64,000 bases of DNA from positions 32,001 through 96,000 of the forward strand of contig JBBRSB010000002.1 in NCBI GenBank assembly GCA_038245785.1. Reading direction: 5' to 3'. Made by a program: the position numbers and the translations under genes. Shown one piece after another: positions 33,134 to 42,550 of this stretch. Numbering within the stretch: the first letter of the stretch is position 1; every line of letters starts with the position of its first letter. This DNA comes from Gloeobacterales cyanobacterium (GTDB lineage Bacteria > Cyanobacteriota > Cyanobacteriia > Gloeobacterales > PMM-0068). The notes under the pieces were generated by a model. It was not told where the DNA came from, made no database searches, and was given only the letters and a program-made list of their open reading frames with translations.

Positions 33134-33597
33134 TGTAGAGCTTTACTCCACCTTGGGCCAGCAGCTCTCACCTCGCCGAGTCTGAGAAGACCGATAATCG
33201 GTCCACCTAGCAGGGCTTTCAAATCAACTGGAAAGTTATCTGTATTGGCAGTAAGTTTCAATTTCTCGAGCCATCGCTGAACGCGTGATTCGAACTCAAG
33301 GCTAGGGTTTCCTTTCCACTGCTCATCGGCAGGAGGTAGCAAAAAATCTGGAAGCTTCGCTTCACCGACAACATGAACAGACGTACCATTTGACTCCTTC
33401 AAAGAGTCGCGAAGCAAGATGACACGCTCTCCGGTCACAACTAGGCCAACCGAACAACCAATAGCCGCCATGAAGCTTCTGAGCTGTTCAATAGCATTCT
33501 GAGCGCGTATATCGACATCGTTGAGCTTCACCTCAACGATCATTAAATATTCCCCGTCCGGGCTTGTCACAAGAATGTCTGGATGGGCTGTTTCCAT
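33130..33597 (-). CDS. PD-(D/E)xK nuclease-like protein (HsdR-N/type IV REase-like)
   Basis: PDILV...MIVEVK, QL..FM motif; its stop overlaps the start of the PIN-like gene; start at METAHPD. Confidence 0.65.
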   Translation of the reverse strand: METAHPDILVTSPDGEYLMIVEVKLNDVDIRAQNAIEQLRSFMAAIGCSVGLVVTGERVILLRDSLKESNGTSVHVVGEAKLPDFLLPPADEQWKGNPSLEFESRVQRWLEKLKLTANTDNFPVDLKALLGGPIIGLLRLGEVRAAGPRWSKALQ

Positions 33598-33702
33598 AGG
33601 AGTATTATATCGCAGCGGGTTCATTGAGTCAGGATTATATATAGCCTTGTCTGGAGACAAATTCGAGCACAAAGCGGAGGCATAGATGCTTACGTCCAAT
33701 TG

Positions 33703-34017
33703 TTATACGGCAGCAGCAATAATCTGTCCGATTTCTTGGGGAGTTGCGCCCGTGGCTAACATGCCTCGAATCAGCAATTCGATCGATACCGAAGAATCAC
33801 CATTTTCAGCCATTGCAACACGTGGTTGACTGGAACCAATTTTTGTCGCCAACTCCATCTGTGTCATTTGCTGCTTGCGCCGCTCTTTTAAATTTTGGCT
33901 CAGAGCCAACTTAATGTCCACAATTATGCGTTCTTCAGTACTGATTTCAAGAAAGTCAGCAACTTCCCCAATCTTCCAACCTTTTGCCTCTAAACGTTGT
34001 CGTTTTACTTGTTCTAT
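33703..34017 (-). pseudogene. XRE-family HigA-like antitoxin whose start codon appears mutated (ATA)
   Basis: KRQRLEAKGWKIG...MTQ.ELA..IGSSQPRVA..E; GGAG then ATA-GAA-CAA at the expected start. Confidence 0.65.
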
Positions 34018-34022
34018 ATCTT

Positions 34023-34217
34023 TTACTCCTGACTGTCTCGGTCGTATCGTGCTAGACGTTTCTGACAAATTTCAATCACTTTCCTTAGAGTTGTTTGAGT
34101 AGTCTTACTAAACACTTCAACTATCACAATTGCATCGTCGTCAATTCGGTACATGATGCGCCAGTTTTTATCTTCATCGCGGATTCGTAGCTCATGGCAA
34201 TAAATACCAATGTGCCG
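34023..34217 (-). pseudogene. 5'-truncated RelE/HigB (Gp49-like) toxin
   Basis: Reverse frame reads IGIYCHELRIRDEDKNWRIMYRIDDDAIVIVEVFSKTTQTT.RKVIEICQKRLARY...*; in-frame TGA upstream and no start codon. Confidence 0.8.
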
Positions 34218-34347
34218 TCAGCTCTATTGGAAAGGTACTCACTATCAACATATGCAGCGGTTCATTGCAGATCTGGATCGGATGCAGGTTCCCAAGGGCA
34301 ATACCAAACCAAGATTTTTTGAAGATACATATATGCGAGACGATTGA
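34210..34347 (+). pseudogene. C-terminal remnant of a Mut7-C RNase-like protein
   Basis: Reads CRQLYWKGTHYQHMQRFI..., matching the C..YW.G[ST]H...M tail of Mut7-C proteins. Confidence 0.55.
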
Positions 34348-34422
34348 GGAGCCTACGCCATGACAAAATGGCAGGGGCGGATTTCTTCATAGATTCTGTC
34401 CAAACCGTCCAGGGTACTGCCC

Positions 34423-36045
34423 ATGCTACGCCTCACCGAAATCAAACTCTCACTGGATCACGCAGAAGAAGACATTCGTGCTGCCATCCTCAAAAAACTG
34501 TGCATTGCCCCAGATGAACTGATTCATTACGCTGTCTTTAAACGGAGCTATGATGCCCGCAAGCGCGGTGCTATTTCTCTCGTCTACATCCTGGACGTCG
34601 AAACGCCCAAACAGGAACAACTCCTCCGGCGATTTAGGAAAGACCCTCACGTGGTGCTTACCCCTGACACCACCTATCGCTATGTGGCAGAAGCACCGCC
34701 TGGATTAGCAAAAGAAACCCGCCCAATCGTTATTGGCAACGGCCCCTGCGGCATGTTTGCAGGGCTACTGCTAGCGCAGATGGGATTTTGTCCGCTGATT
34801 TTAGAACGAGGAAAAGCTGTACATGAGCGTTCCGTCGATACTTTTGGCTTCTGGAGTAAGCGAAAGTTTAATCCAGAGTCCAACGCTCAATTTGGCGAAG
34901 GGGGTGCGGGCACCTTTTCCGATGGCAAGCTCTACAGCCGTATCAAAGATGCTAATCGTCAGGGGCGTAAAGTCCTCACTGAACTGGTCAATGCTGGTGC
35001 AGCTCCCGAAATTCTCTACATCAATAAACCCCACATTGGCACCTACCGACTGGTGAAAATTGTCGAGAACATGCGCAACACGATTGAATCGCTGGGGGGC
35101 GAAATTCGTTTTCAAAGTCGTGTAGAAAACATCGATATTGAGCAGGGCCAAGTGCGCGGCGTCACCCTCGCCAATGGGGAATATATTGCTAGTGAGCACG
35201 TCATTCTAGCGGTTGGACACAGTGCCCGTGACACTTTTGAGATGCTCCATAAGCAGGGTGTCTATATCGAACCCAAGCCCTTTTCCATTGGCTTTCGGAT
35301 CGAGCATCCCCAATCCCTGATCGACCAATGCCGATTTGGGACGCAGGCGGGCCACCCGATTCTGGGTGCGGCCGATTATAAACTGGTTCATCACTGCTCA
35401 AATGGGCGCTCGGTCTATAGTTTCTGCATGTGTCCAGGGGGGCAAGTTGTTGCGGCAACATCAGAGATAGGGCGGGTCGTTACCAATGGCATGAGTCAAT
35501 ATTCCCGCAGAGGAAAGAATGCCAATAGCGGCATTGTCGTCGGCATCACGCCGGAGGATTATCCTGGGAGCCCCTTAGCTGGAATTGATTTTCAGCGTCG
35601 CCTAGAGGAGCGAGCCTTTGAGTTGGGCGGCGGAACCTACGAAGCTCCGGGGCAGCTAGTGGGTGACTTTCTTGCCCAGCGACCCTCTACCGAACTAGGA
35701 AGTGTCAAGCCTTCCTATCGTCCTGGGGTGCATCTATGCGATTTGAGCCCGAGTTTGCCAGATTATGCAATCGCCGCCATTCGTGAAGCGATACCCGCTT
35801 TTGACAAACAGCTCAAAGGCTTTGCCATGCATGATGCTGTTCTTACGGGTGTCGAAACCCGCACGTCCTCCCCGATTTGCATCAAGCGTGGTGATGACTG
35901 CCAAAGTCTCAATACAAAAGGGCTTTACCCGGCAGGCGAAGGGGCTGGATACGCTGGAGGAATCCTCTCCGCAGGCGTAGACGGTATCAAAGTAGCCGAG
36001 GCCGTTGCCCTGAGCATCATGGAAACTGCAGTCTGCAAGATTTGA
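34423..36045 (+). CDS. FAD-dependent oxidoreductase (COG2509-type)
   Basis: IG.GP.G Rossmann motif, FGEGGAGTFSDGKL, FCMCPGG, ETRTSSP, GEGAGYAGGI. Confidence 0.88.
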   Translation: MLRLTEIKLSLDHAEEDIRAAILKKLCIAPDELIHYAVFKRSYDARKRGAISLVYILDVETPKQEQLLRRFRKDPHVVLTPDTTYRYVAEAPPGLAKETRPIVIGNGPCGMFAGLLLAQMGFCPLILERGKAVHERSVDTFGFWSKRKFNPESNAQFGEGGAGTFSDGKLYSRIKDANRQGRKVLTELVNAGAAPEILYINKPHIGTYRLVKIVENMRNTIESLGGEIRFQSRVENIDIEQGQVRGVTLANGEYIASEHVILAVGHSARDTFEMLHKQGVYIEPKPFSIGFRIEHPQSLIDQCRFGTQAGHPILGAADYKLVHHCSNGRSVYSFCMCPGGQVVAATSEIGRVVTNGMSQYSRRGKNANSGIVVGITPEDYPGSPLAGIDFQRRLEERAFELGGGTYEAPGQLVGDFLAQRPSTELGSVKPSYRPGVHLCDLSPSLPDYAIAAIREAIPAFDKQLKGFAMHDAVLTGVETRTSSPICIKRGDDCQSLNTKGLYPAGEGAGYAGGILSAGVDGIKVAEAVALSIMETAVCKI

Positions 36046-36064
36046 TTGGCTTAACTAGAGCGAA

Positions 36065-36208
36065 CATAACCCCTGGCTATCGCCGTCCCCCTTGCCCTAG
36101 GCGTTCGCGTAGCGTCTCTGCAAGAGACAGCTTTCCCGTTGGCAAAGCCTGCCGAAGGCATAGGGTAGGGGACTACAGGAGGTCTTCTTAATTCCACCTA
36201 GCTACTTA
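36065..36208. repeat. Dispersed palindromic/MITE-like repeat, copy B (with larger internal insert)
   Basis: Same ends as 27311-27413 with a different interior. Confidence 0.8.
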
Positions 36209-36213
36209 TCCAT

Positions 36214-36251
36214 AAAAAGAGGGGGTAGCCTGAAAGCTGCCCCCTCTTTTT
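36214..36251. terminator. Bidirectional terminator after pnp
   Basis: aaaaagagggggtagc-ctgaaa-gctgccccctcttttt. Confidence 0.85.
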
Positions 36252-36264
36252 AATCAATATCCGG

Positions 36265-38403
36265 TTACTCGGCTACTTCAGCCGTTTCATCGGGGTGAAT
36301 GCCCAAACGAGTTAGGTTGACGCGGCCTTTATGGTCAATTTGTTTGACCTTGACCAAGATGGTATCGCCTACCGCAACTTCATCTTCCACTCTCCGTACG
36401 CGGTGTTCCGCTAGCTGAGAGATATGAACCATGCCTTCTTTACCGGGCAGAATCTCGACAAAAGCACCAATCGGAATAATCCGGGTGACTTTGCCGTTAT
36501 AGACCTTGCCGGAATCGATGGTGCGGGTCATGTCTTGAATCATGCGTTGGGCAATGCGCGCTGCTTCCCCATCTGTAGACGCAATGATCACTGTACCGTC
36601 ATCTTCGATATCGACGGTGGCACCGCTTTCGGCAATAATCCGTTTGATGTTCTTACCGCCAGGTCCAATGACCGCCCCAATCATGTTTTCAGGAATCCGG
36701 ATCGTCAAGAGACGAGGAGCATCAGGAGACAGCTCAGGACGAGGAGCATCAAGGACAGCCAGCATCTTCTCTAGAATATGCAGTCTGCCACCCTTTGCTT
36801 GATTCAAGGCCGTTTCCAGCACCGCCAGGGTGATCCCGGTAATCTTGATGTCCATCTGCAAGGCCGTAATCCCATCACGAGTCCCTGCTACTTTGAAGTC
36901 CATATCGCCCAGGAAATCTTCAATCCCTTGAATATCGCTGAGGACCCGCACTTCATCGTCTTCTTTAATCAGACCCATCGCCACCCCAGAGACAGGTTCC
37001 TTGATTGGGACTCCTGCATCCATTAGAGCGAGGGTAGAACCGCAGACAGAAGCCATACTGGTCGAACCGTTGGAAGACAAGGCTTCAGAAACGATTCGGA
37101 GAACGTATGGGAACTCGTCTTTGGGAGGAAGGACGGTCATCAAGGCTCGTTCGGCCAAGGCTCCATGACCAATTTCCCGACGGGAAGAACCCCGTTGAGG
37201 CTTCACTTCTCCCGTGGAATATCCAGGGAAGTTGTAGTGGTGAATGTAGCGCTTTTCACTGTCGGGATGCAGGTCATCCATCTCTTGGGCATCACCCGAA
37301 GTTCCCATCGTCAGGACAGAAAGGACTTGGGTATTGCCCCGAGTAAAGAGTCCACAACCGTGAACTTTAGGAATAATGCGAACGGCACAGGAAATAGGAC
37401 GAATTTCTTCTAGCGTCCGTCCGTCCACCCGGCGGTTATCCCGAACAATTTGGCCACGCATTAACTTCTTAGTTTGCGCTTTGAAGAGGTCTTTGACCTT
37501 ATTGAACTCAGGGGCCGCAGCAATCGCTTGAGCCACTTCGTCGTCTGCTGGCAGAGCAGCCACTGCCGCTTTTACTTCCTCTTCAATAGCAGTCAACTTC
37601 TCATCCCGCTCGTTCTTCGGTAAGAAATCTCCCAAAATAGAAGCCACTTTATCTTTCGCTTGATTCTCGATGAACGAAATAACAATCGGGCTAGATTCGG
37701 GGGCTGTAAATTCCATCGGCTTGATATTGAGGTCTGCCACCATCTCTTTCTGGGCAGCCAACAGTCCACCTATCGCTTCCATGCCGAAGTCTAAAGCTTC
37801 TAGGACGTCTTCTTCGGGGAGGCGGTTGGCTCCGGCCTCTACCATGATCACGCCGTTCTCCGTACCTGCCACAACCAGGTCTAAATCACTCTTATTCAGT
37901 TCGGGATAGGTGGGATTCAGCACAAAATCATCGCCCAACAGACCAACCCGTACGCCAGCAATCGGTCCCGCAAAAGGCAGTCCTGCCAACATGAGTGCAG
38001 CAGAAGCTGCCGTTAAGGCGAGGATATCCGGAGGAACCATGTCGTCTAGGGACAACACCGTAGCAACGATTTGGACATCATTCCGGAACCCGTCTGGGAA
38101 AAGGGGACGAATAGCCCGGTCAATTAAACGCGAAGCGAGGATTGCTTTTTCTGGGGGGCGGGCTTCCCGACGCATGAAACTGCCTGGAATGCGTCCTGCT
38201 GCGTAAAGTCGCTCTTCGTAATCTACTAATAAGGGGAAGAAATCCATGCCTTCTCGAGGCTTTTTGCTCATGGTGGCAGTTACTAAAACACTGGTACCAC
38301 CGCCTTGAACTAGAATCGAACCACCTGCTTGTTGCGCCAATACTCCTGTACTAAAACTAATCTCCCGTCCGCCCACTAGGACAGACTTTCGATACTCAGT
38401 CAT
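36265..38403 (-). CDS. pnp: Polyribonucleotide nucleotidyltransferase
   Basis: [37 protein letters not shown] and S1 domains. Confidence 0.97.
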   Translation of the reverse strand: MTEYRKSVLVGGREISFSTGVLAQQAGGSILVQGGGTSVLVTATMSKKPREGMDFFPLLVDYEERLYAAGRIPGSFMRREARPPEKAILASRLIDRAIRPLFPDGFRNDVQIVATVLSLDDMVPPDILALTAASAALMLAGLPFAGPIAGVRVGLLGDDFVLNPTYPELNKSDLDLVVAGTENGVIMVEAGANRLPEEDVLEALDFGMEAIGGLLAAQKEMVADLNIKPMEFTAPESSPIVISFIENQAKDKVASILGDFLPKNERDEKLTAIEEEVKAAVAALPADDEVAQAIAAAPEFNKVKDLFKAQTKKLMRGQIVRDNRRVDGRTLEEIRPISCAVRIIPKVHGCGLFTRGNTQVLSVLTMGTSGDAQEMDDLHPDSEKRYIHHYNFPGYSTGEVKPQRGSSRREIGHGALAERALMTVLPPKDEFPYVLRIVSEALSSNGSTSMASVCGSTLALMDAGVPIKEPVSGVAMGLIKEDDEVRVLSDIQGIEDFLGDMDFKVAGTRDGITALQMDIKITGITLAVLETALNQAKGGRLHILEKMLAVLDAPRPELSPDAPRLLTIRIPENMIGAVIGPGGKNIKRIIAESGATVDIEDDGTVIIASTDGEAARIAQRMIQDMTRTIDSGKVYNGKVTRIIPIGAFVEILPGKEGMVHISQLAEHRVRRVEDEVAVGDTILVKVKQIDHKGRVNLTRLGIHPDETAEVAE

Positions 38404-38525
38404 TCTGTTCCTTTCTTTGTTTTTAGCTAACTAAAGATTGTACCAACTTCAACACCGCCCCTGCGTTTATTTACTGAATAAATTAAAACAAAACCCCTAT
38501 GCTTCTGGCACGGGGGCTTAACAAC

Positions 38526-38711
38526 TTAGAGTCTAGGACGATGTCTACGTGCTGCTTCCCGCTTGCGTTTACGCTCTTCGCTGGGTTTCTCGTAGTATTC
38601 GCGTCGCTTAACTTCTGCTAAGATGCCTGCTTTCTGAATTTTCTTCTTAAACCGACGCAGTGCAGACTCTACAGATTCATTTTCGCCAAGACGAACTTCA
38701 CTCACTAACAA
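38526..38711 (-). CDS. rpsU: 30S ribosomal protein S21
   Basis: [17 protein letters not shown]...EKPS. Confidence 0.92.
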   Translation of the reverse strand: MLVSEVRLGENESVESALRRFKKKIQKAGILAEVKRREYYEKPSEERKRKREAARRHRPRL

Positions 38712-38733
38712 TCACCCCCTCTACTTAGTATTT

Positions 38734-39057
38734 TTATTCAAAGACTTGCAATCGGACTTCTTGACCATGGCTTTGGCCTGCCGCTTCCAGTACCCGGCGT
38801 ACGGCTTGGATAGTGCGGCCCCCGCGACCAAATACTTTTCCTTTATCCGAACTGTCAAAGGCGAGACGGATAAGGATTTTGGCACCTCCACGCGTAGACT
38901 CAACCCGGACCACTAGCTTGTCTGGAGTATCCAATAAAGGCCCGACTAGAAAGCGAACCAACTTAGGATAGTCGGGGTTGGGTCCAGAAGGGTCGAAAGC
39001 GATGCCTTCTACTTCTAACGGAGTACTCTCTGTTTCGTTAGGCGCTGAGCTGTTCAA
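38734..39057 (-). CDS. khpA: KH domain RNA-binding protein (KhpA)
   Basis: [26 protein letters not shown]. Confidence 0.85.
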   Translation of the reverse strand: MNSSAPNETESTPLEVEGIAFDPSGPNPDYPKLVRFLVGPLLDTPDKLVVRVESTRGGAKILIRLAFDSSDKGKVFGRGGRTIQAVRRVLEAAGQSHGQEVRLQVFE

Positions 39058-39304
39058 AGACTTTTGCCTTTACGAGCAATGTGCGGACAGTTTCTGTAGG
39101 CTGTGCCCCGTTGCGGAGCCACTTAGCAGCAGCTTCTACATCAATTTTGAAACACTGTTCAGGCTCAGAATCCTTAGCTCGAGGATTGTAGAAGCCAATT
39201 TCTTCTAGAACAGCACCATCCCGTCTTTTACGGGAATCCAAGACAACAATGCGATAAAAGGGACGGCGTTTAGAACCCAGCCGTTTCAGACGAATAGCGA
39301 CGAT
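39038..39304 (-). CDS. rpsP: 30S ribosomal protein S16 (probable ATC start; alternative TTG at 39322)
   Basis: [36 protein letters not shown]. Confidence 0.93.
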   Translation of the reverse strand: MVAIRLKRLGSKRRPFYRIVVLDSRKRRDGAVLEEIGFYNPRAKDSEPEQCFKIDVEAAAKWLRNGAQPTETVRTLLVKAKVFEQLSA

Positions 39305-39378
39305 GACCTTTCTCCTTTGCAATACCCACAGCGTAATAGTGTAGCGTGACTCCCGTTACCTTGGATAGGGGGCAAGCG

Positions 39379-40860
39379 TTAACTAAATCCTTTGCGGTCT
39401 TTCTTTTTGGGCGGCTTGGGTGGTTTTGCCTTAGTCGCTTGTCCGCGCCAACCAGGGCCTCCCCCTGCAGCTGGACCCATACGGCCCTGATTACCCATGC
39501 CGCCCATTCCAGGCATTCCACCACCCATGCCACCCATTCCGCCCATGCCAGGCATGCCGCCAAAACCACCACGGCCCATTTGCTGCATCATGCCGCGCAT
39601 CTGCTGAAACTGGTTGAGCATTTGGCCTACATCTTGAATGGAATGACCTGAGCCTTTGGCGATACGGCGTTTGCGCGATAGGTCGATGGCATCAGGATTG
39701 CGACGTTCCGATGGAGTCATCGAACCAATCATCGCTTCCGTCTTTTTGAGCTGCTGTTCTCCCTGTTCTATTTGTTCATCGGTGATTTTGCCACCGACGC
39801 CGGGCAAGAGCTTGAGGATGCCGCCGAAGGAACCCATCTTCTTGATCATCCGCATCTGTTTGACAAAGTCTTCCAGGTTGAAGGACGCATTAAGAATTTT
39901 GTCTTCTAACTTACTGGCATCGGTGATATCAATCTCTTCTTGCGCTTTTTCTACCAGAGTCATCAAGTCGCCACCGCCCAGGATGCGGGAGGCCATGCGG
40001 TCGGGATAGAAAGGCTGTAAGGCTTCTACTTTCTCACCGACCCCGATGAATTTGATCGGTTGACCCGAAACCTGACGGATAGAAAGAGCCGCCCCACCAC
40101 GGGTATCCCCGTCCATCTTGGTGAGGATGGCACCAGTAATGCCTACCCGTTCATGGAAAACGCGGGTTAGGTTCGCGGCTTCCTGTCCGGTCATCGCATC
40201 GACGACCAATAGAATTTCATCGGGCTGGGCCAGATTTTTGATGTTGACCAGCTCTTGCATCATGTCTTCATCAATTTGCAGGCGACCGGCAGTGTCAATG
40301 ATGATCGTATCTACTTTTTCCTGTTGACCATAGGCAATGCCCTCCCGTGCGATATCCACTGGATTGGCTTCGGTCCCTTTCTCAAAGATCGGTACCTGGA
40401 TCTGCTTTGCTAAGGTCCGCAGCTGGTCTACGGCGGCTGGACGGTAAACATCACAGGCGACTAAGAGAGCACGTTTATTTTCTTTGCGGAGGAATAAGGC
40501 CAGCTTGGCGGCAGCAGTGGTTTTTCCTGTTCCCTGCAAGCCTGCCATCAGAACAATGGTTGGTCCACTTTCTGCCTGGTTCAAGGGCACATTCGCTTGG
40601 CCCATGAGGCTGCGCAGTTCGTCATAGACGATGTTGGCGAACTGTTGACCTGGAGAAAGGGTGAGCAGGACTTCACTGCCTAGGGCCTTTTCCTGGATGT
40701 GTTCAATAAAGTCTTTGACCACCTGGAGGTTGACGTCTGCATCCAGCAGAGAGCGCCGTACCAGCCTCAGGGTCTCTTCAATATTCTTCTCTGTAAGTTT
40801 GTCTTCACCCTTCAGTTTCTTGAAGGCACCTTCTAATTTCTCACTCAGGGCATCGAACAT
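39379..40860 (-). CDS. ffh: Signal recognition particle protein
   Basis: MFDALS start, GLQGTGKTT, DTAGRL, TK.DGD.RGGAA, Met/Gly-rich M domain. Confidence 0.97.
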   Translation of the reverse strand: MFDALSEKLEGAFKKLKGEDKLTEKNIEETLRLVRRSLLDADVNLQVVKDFIEHIQEKALGSEVLLTLSPGQQFANIVYDELRSLMGQANVPLNQAESGPTIVLMAGLQGTGKTTAAAKLALFLRKENKRALLVACDVYRPAAVDQLRTLAKQIQVPIFEKGTEANPVDIAREGIAYGQQEKVDTIIIDTAGRLQIDEDMMQELVNIKNLAQPDEILLVVDAMTGQEAANLTRVFHERVGITGAILTKMDGDTRGGAALSIRQVSGQPIKFIGVGEKVEALQPFYPDRMASRILGGGDLMTLVEKAQEEIDITDASKLEDKILNASFNLEDFVKQMRMIKKMGSFGGILKLLPGVGGKITDEQIEQGEQQLKKTEAMIGSMTPSERRNPDAIDLSRKRRIAKGSGHSIQDVGQMLNQFQQMRGMMQQMGRGGFGGMPGMGGMGGMGGGMPGMGGMGNQGRMGPAAGGGPGWRGQATKAKPPKPPKKKDRKGFS

Positions 40861-40930
40861 AGGCTTATACAGGGGTGGGAGTGTTGCTTTATCCCAGGAT
40901 AGCGGAGCGACTCCCAAAAAACCCAGATAA

Positions 40931-41827
40931 TTAAGTCCCCGTCGAGCCAAATCCGCCTACACCCCGCGCCGTCTCCTCAAAATCCTCTACTTGGGTGAAC
41001 GCCCCGTGGACAATCGGGGTAGGGATGAGTTGGACAAGCCTATTAGGCAGGACTAGGTCTGGAGCATCGGGGTCTACTTTAATCAGGGGTACTAGGATAG
41101 GACCTGCGTAGGATCTGTCAATAATTCCAATGCCATTGGCCAACATATAACCTGACTTAATGATCGAACTGCGGGCCGCTAAAATTAGATACCAACCATA
41201 GCTTGGTTGCACTTTAATTCCAGTATCATAAAGTTCGACTTTCCCAATCTGTTTCGCTTTCTTAATGATGGTGAGATCGAATCCTGAGTCAGACACTCGT
41301 TCCTTAAAGGGGGCGACAGCATCTGGGTCCAGTTTTACCCATTTAAAGGATTCTAGCTTGCTGTGATTTCTTCCGGACAAACCAGGAATCCAACCGGCCC
41401 ATTCTAGATAAACGTCTTTATTATTTTGCTGGAAGAAATGAGCATTCTCGTAGAGATTGCCTAGAAAATCTAGGGCATTATTGCTATACCATTCAAGCGT
41501 TTCTTTACCGTTCTCAGAACGAGCAATGCAAGGGATGGCACAAAATTCTTTGATGCTTTCTCGCATCGCTTTAGAAGAACAGGTAAGACTGCATTTCGGT
41601 TGTTGCCCATCTTCGGTGACATGAACAATATGTCCACGTTGTTCAAAGTATCCTCTAAGAAAATCCCAGGCTAGTTCTTGACTAAGCTTGAAAGGGAAAT
41701 TCTCATACTCAGATTGAGTTGTAGCGACAGACTCAAGATAGTCATAGTTGCAGCCTAACAAATAGGCTTTTTCTTCAGTCGTAATTTCTTTGAAATGATC
41801 ACTTGCCAAGATATATCCCACAGCCAA
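40931..41827 (-). CDS. dut: dUTPase with N-terminal LAGLIDADG-like domain
   Basis: C-terminal trimeric dUTPase motifs SGFDL, RSS, GIID.SY.G, QL, RG.GGFGSTG; N-terminal EKAYLLG...FLRGYFE..G...LY pattern. Confidence 0.85.
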   Translation of the reverse strand: MAVGYILASDHFKEITTEEKAYLLGCNYDYLESVATTQSEYENFPFKLSQELAWDFLRGYFEQRGHIVHVTEDGQQPKCSLTCSSKAMRESIKEFCAIPCIARSENGKETLEWYSNNALDFLGNLYENAHFFQQNNKDVYLEWAGWIPGLSGRNHSKLESFKWVKLDPDAVAPFKERVSDSGFDLTIIKKAKQIGKVELYDTGIKVQPSYGWYLILAARSSIIKSGYMLANGIGIIDRSYAGPILVPLIKVDPDAPDLVLPNRLVQLIPTPIVHGAFTQVEDFEETARGVGGFGSTGT

Positions 41828-41930
41828 AAGATGAGTTAACCTATCACGAAAAAATGGTGAGGGTCTATTTTTTTAATCAAATAAAGCAGATCTACGCCAC
41901 GGCACCGGATATCTCCATAGAGGCATCAGC

Positions 41931-42233
41931 TCACTCTTTTCCTCCCACATAGAGCAAGGGGAGCGCCAATGGCGGCCCCGCAAGAAAGGTGTCAGTCTTA
42001 TCGCGGATAGCTGCATAACCAGGAGCAGATTCGTGTGTCTCCTTAGCTTGCGCATCACGATAACGTTCATACACCAGCACCGTATCCGGTTCGACAGGAG
42101 AGACATGGATGGTGAAAACTTCTGTCCCCGCTTCATCGGCATAGGATTCACTGGCTTGCACTAAATGTATAGCGAGTTCATTCCTCATCCCAGGTTTCGC
42201 TCTGAACTGCAGAAATACGCCTATTTTGTCCAT
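41931..42233 (-). CDS. Antibiotic biosynthesis monooxygenase (ABM) family protein
   Basis: F.AKPG.R.EL, E.GT, YERY.D..A...H. Confidence 0.8.
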   Translation of the reverse strand: MDKIGVFLQFRAKPGMRNELAIHLVQASESYADEAGTEVFTIHVSPVEPDTVLVYERYRDAQAKETHESAPGYAAIRDKTDTFLAGPPLALPLLYVGGKE

Positions 42234-42550
42234 GATGGGCTCCCTAAACTTACAAAGATCTGCTGAGAGGCTGCGTTGCCTACAGAAATAGCCTTCATCA
42301 GACTACTCTAGAGAGAAGTTTAGTTGTGTTTGGAGACTAGAGAATTTTGGACCTTGGTCTCCGAGATATCGGTAATAAGCGGAGGCGCACACTGGCAAAG
42401 TGGAATTGTCTAGGGTGATTTGGTAGGCTGAGATGGTTGAGGAACATTTCGCTGACTAATTGGCTAGTCTGTCCGCGCAGCCCTTTACCAACCTGCTAGC
42501 ATGGATTTATCTTAGTTACTCAATTCATTAGATCCTGAGAGGGATGGCTC

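Noticed and set aside
39420..39600. GGM repeats at the Ffh C-terminus
   Set aside because: Gly/Met-rich tails are common in Ffh M domains.
40861..40950. N-terminal extension of Ffh overlapping dut
   Set aside because: The conserved start MFDALS is at 40860.
40931..41827. Intein in the dUTPase
   Set aside because: The LAGLIDADG-like part is N-terminal rather than inserted, and no splicing motifs are visible.
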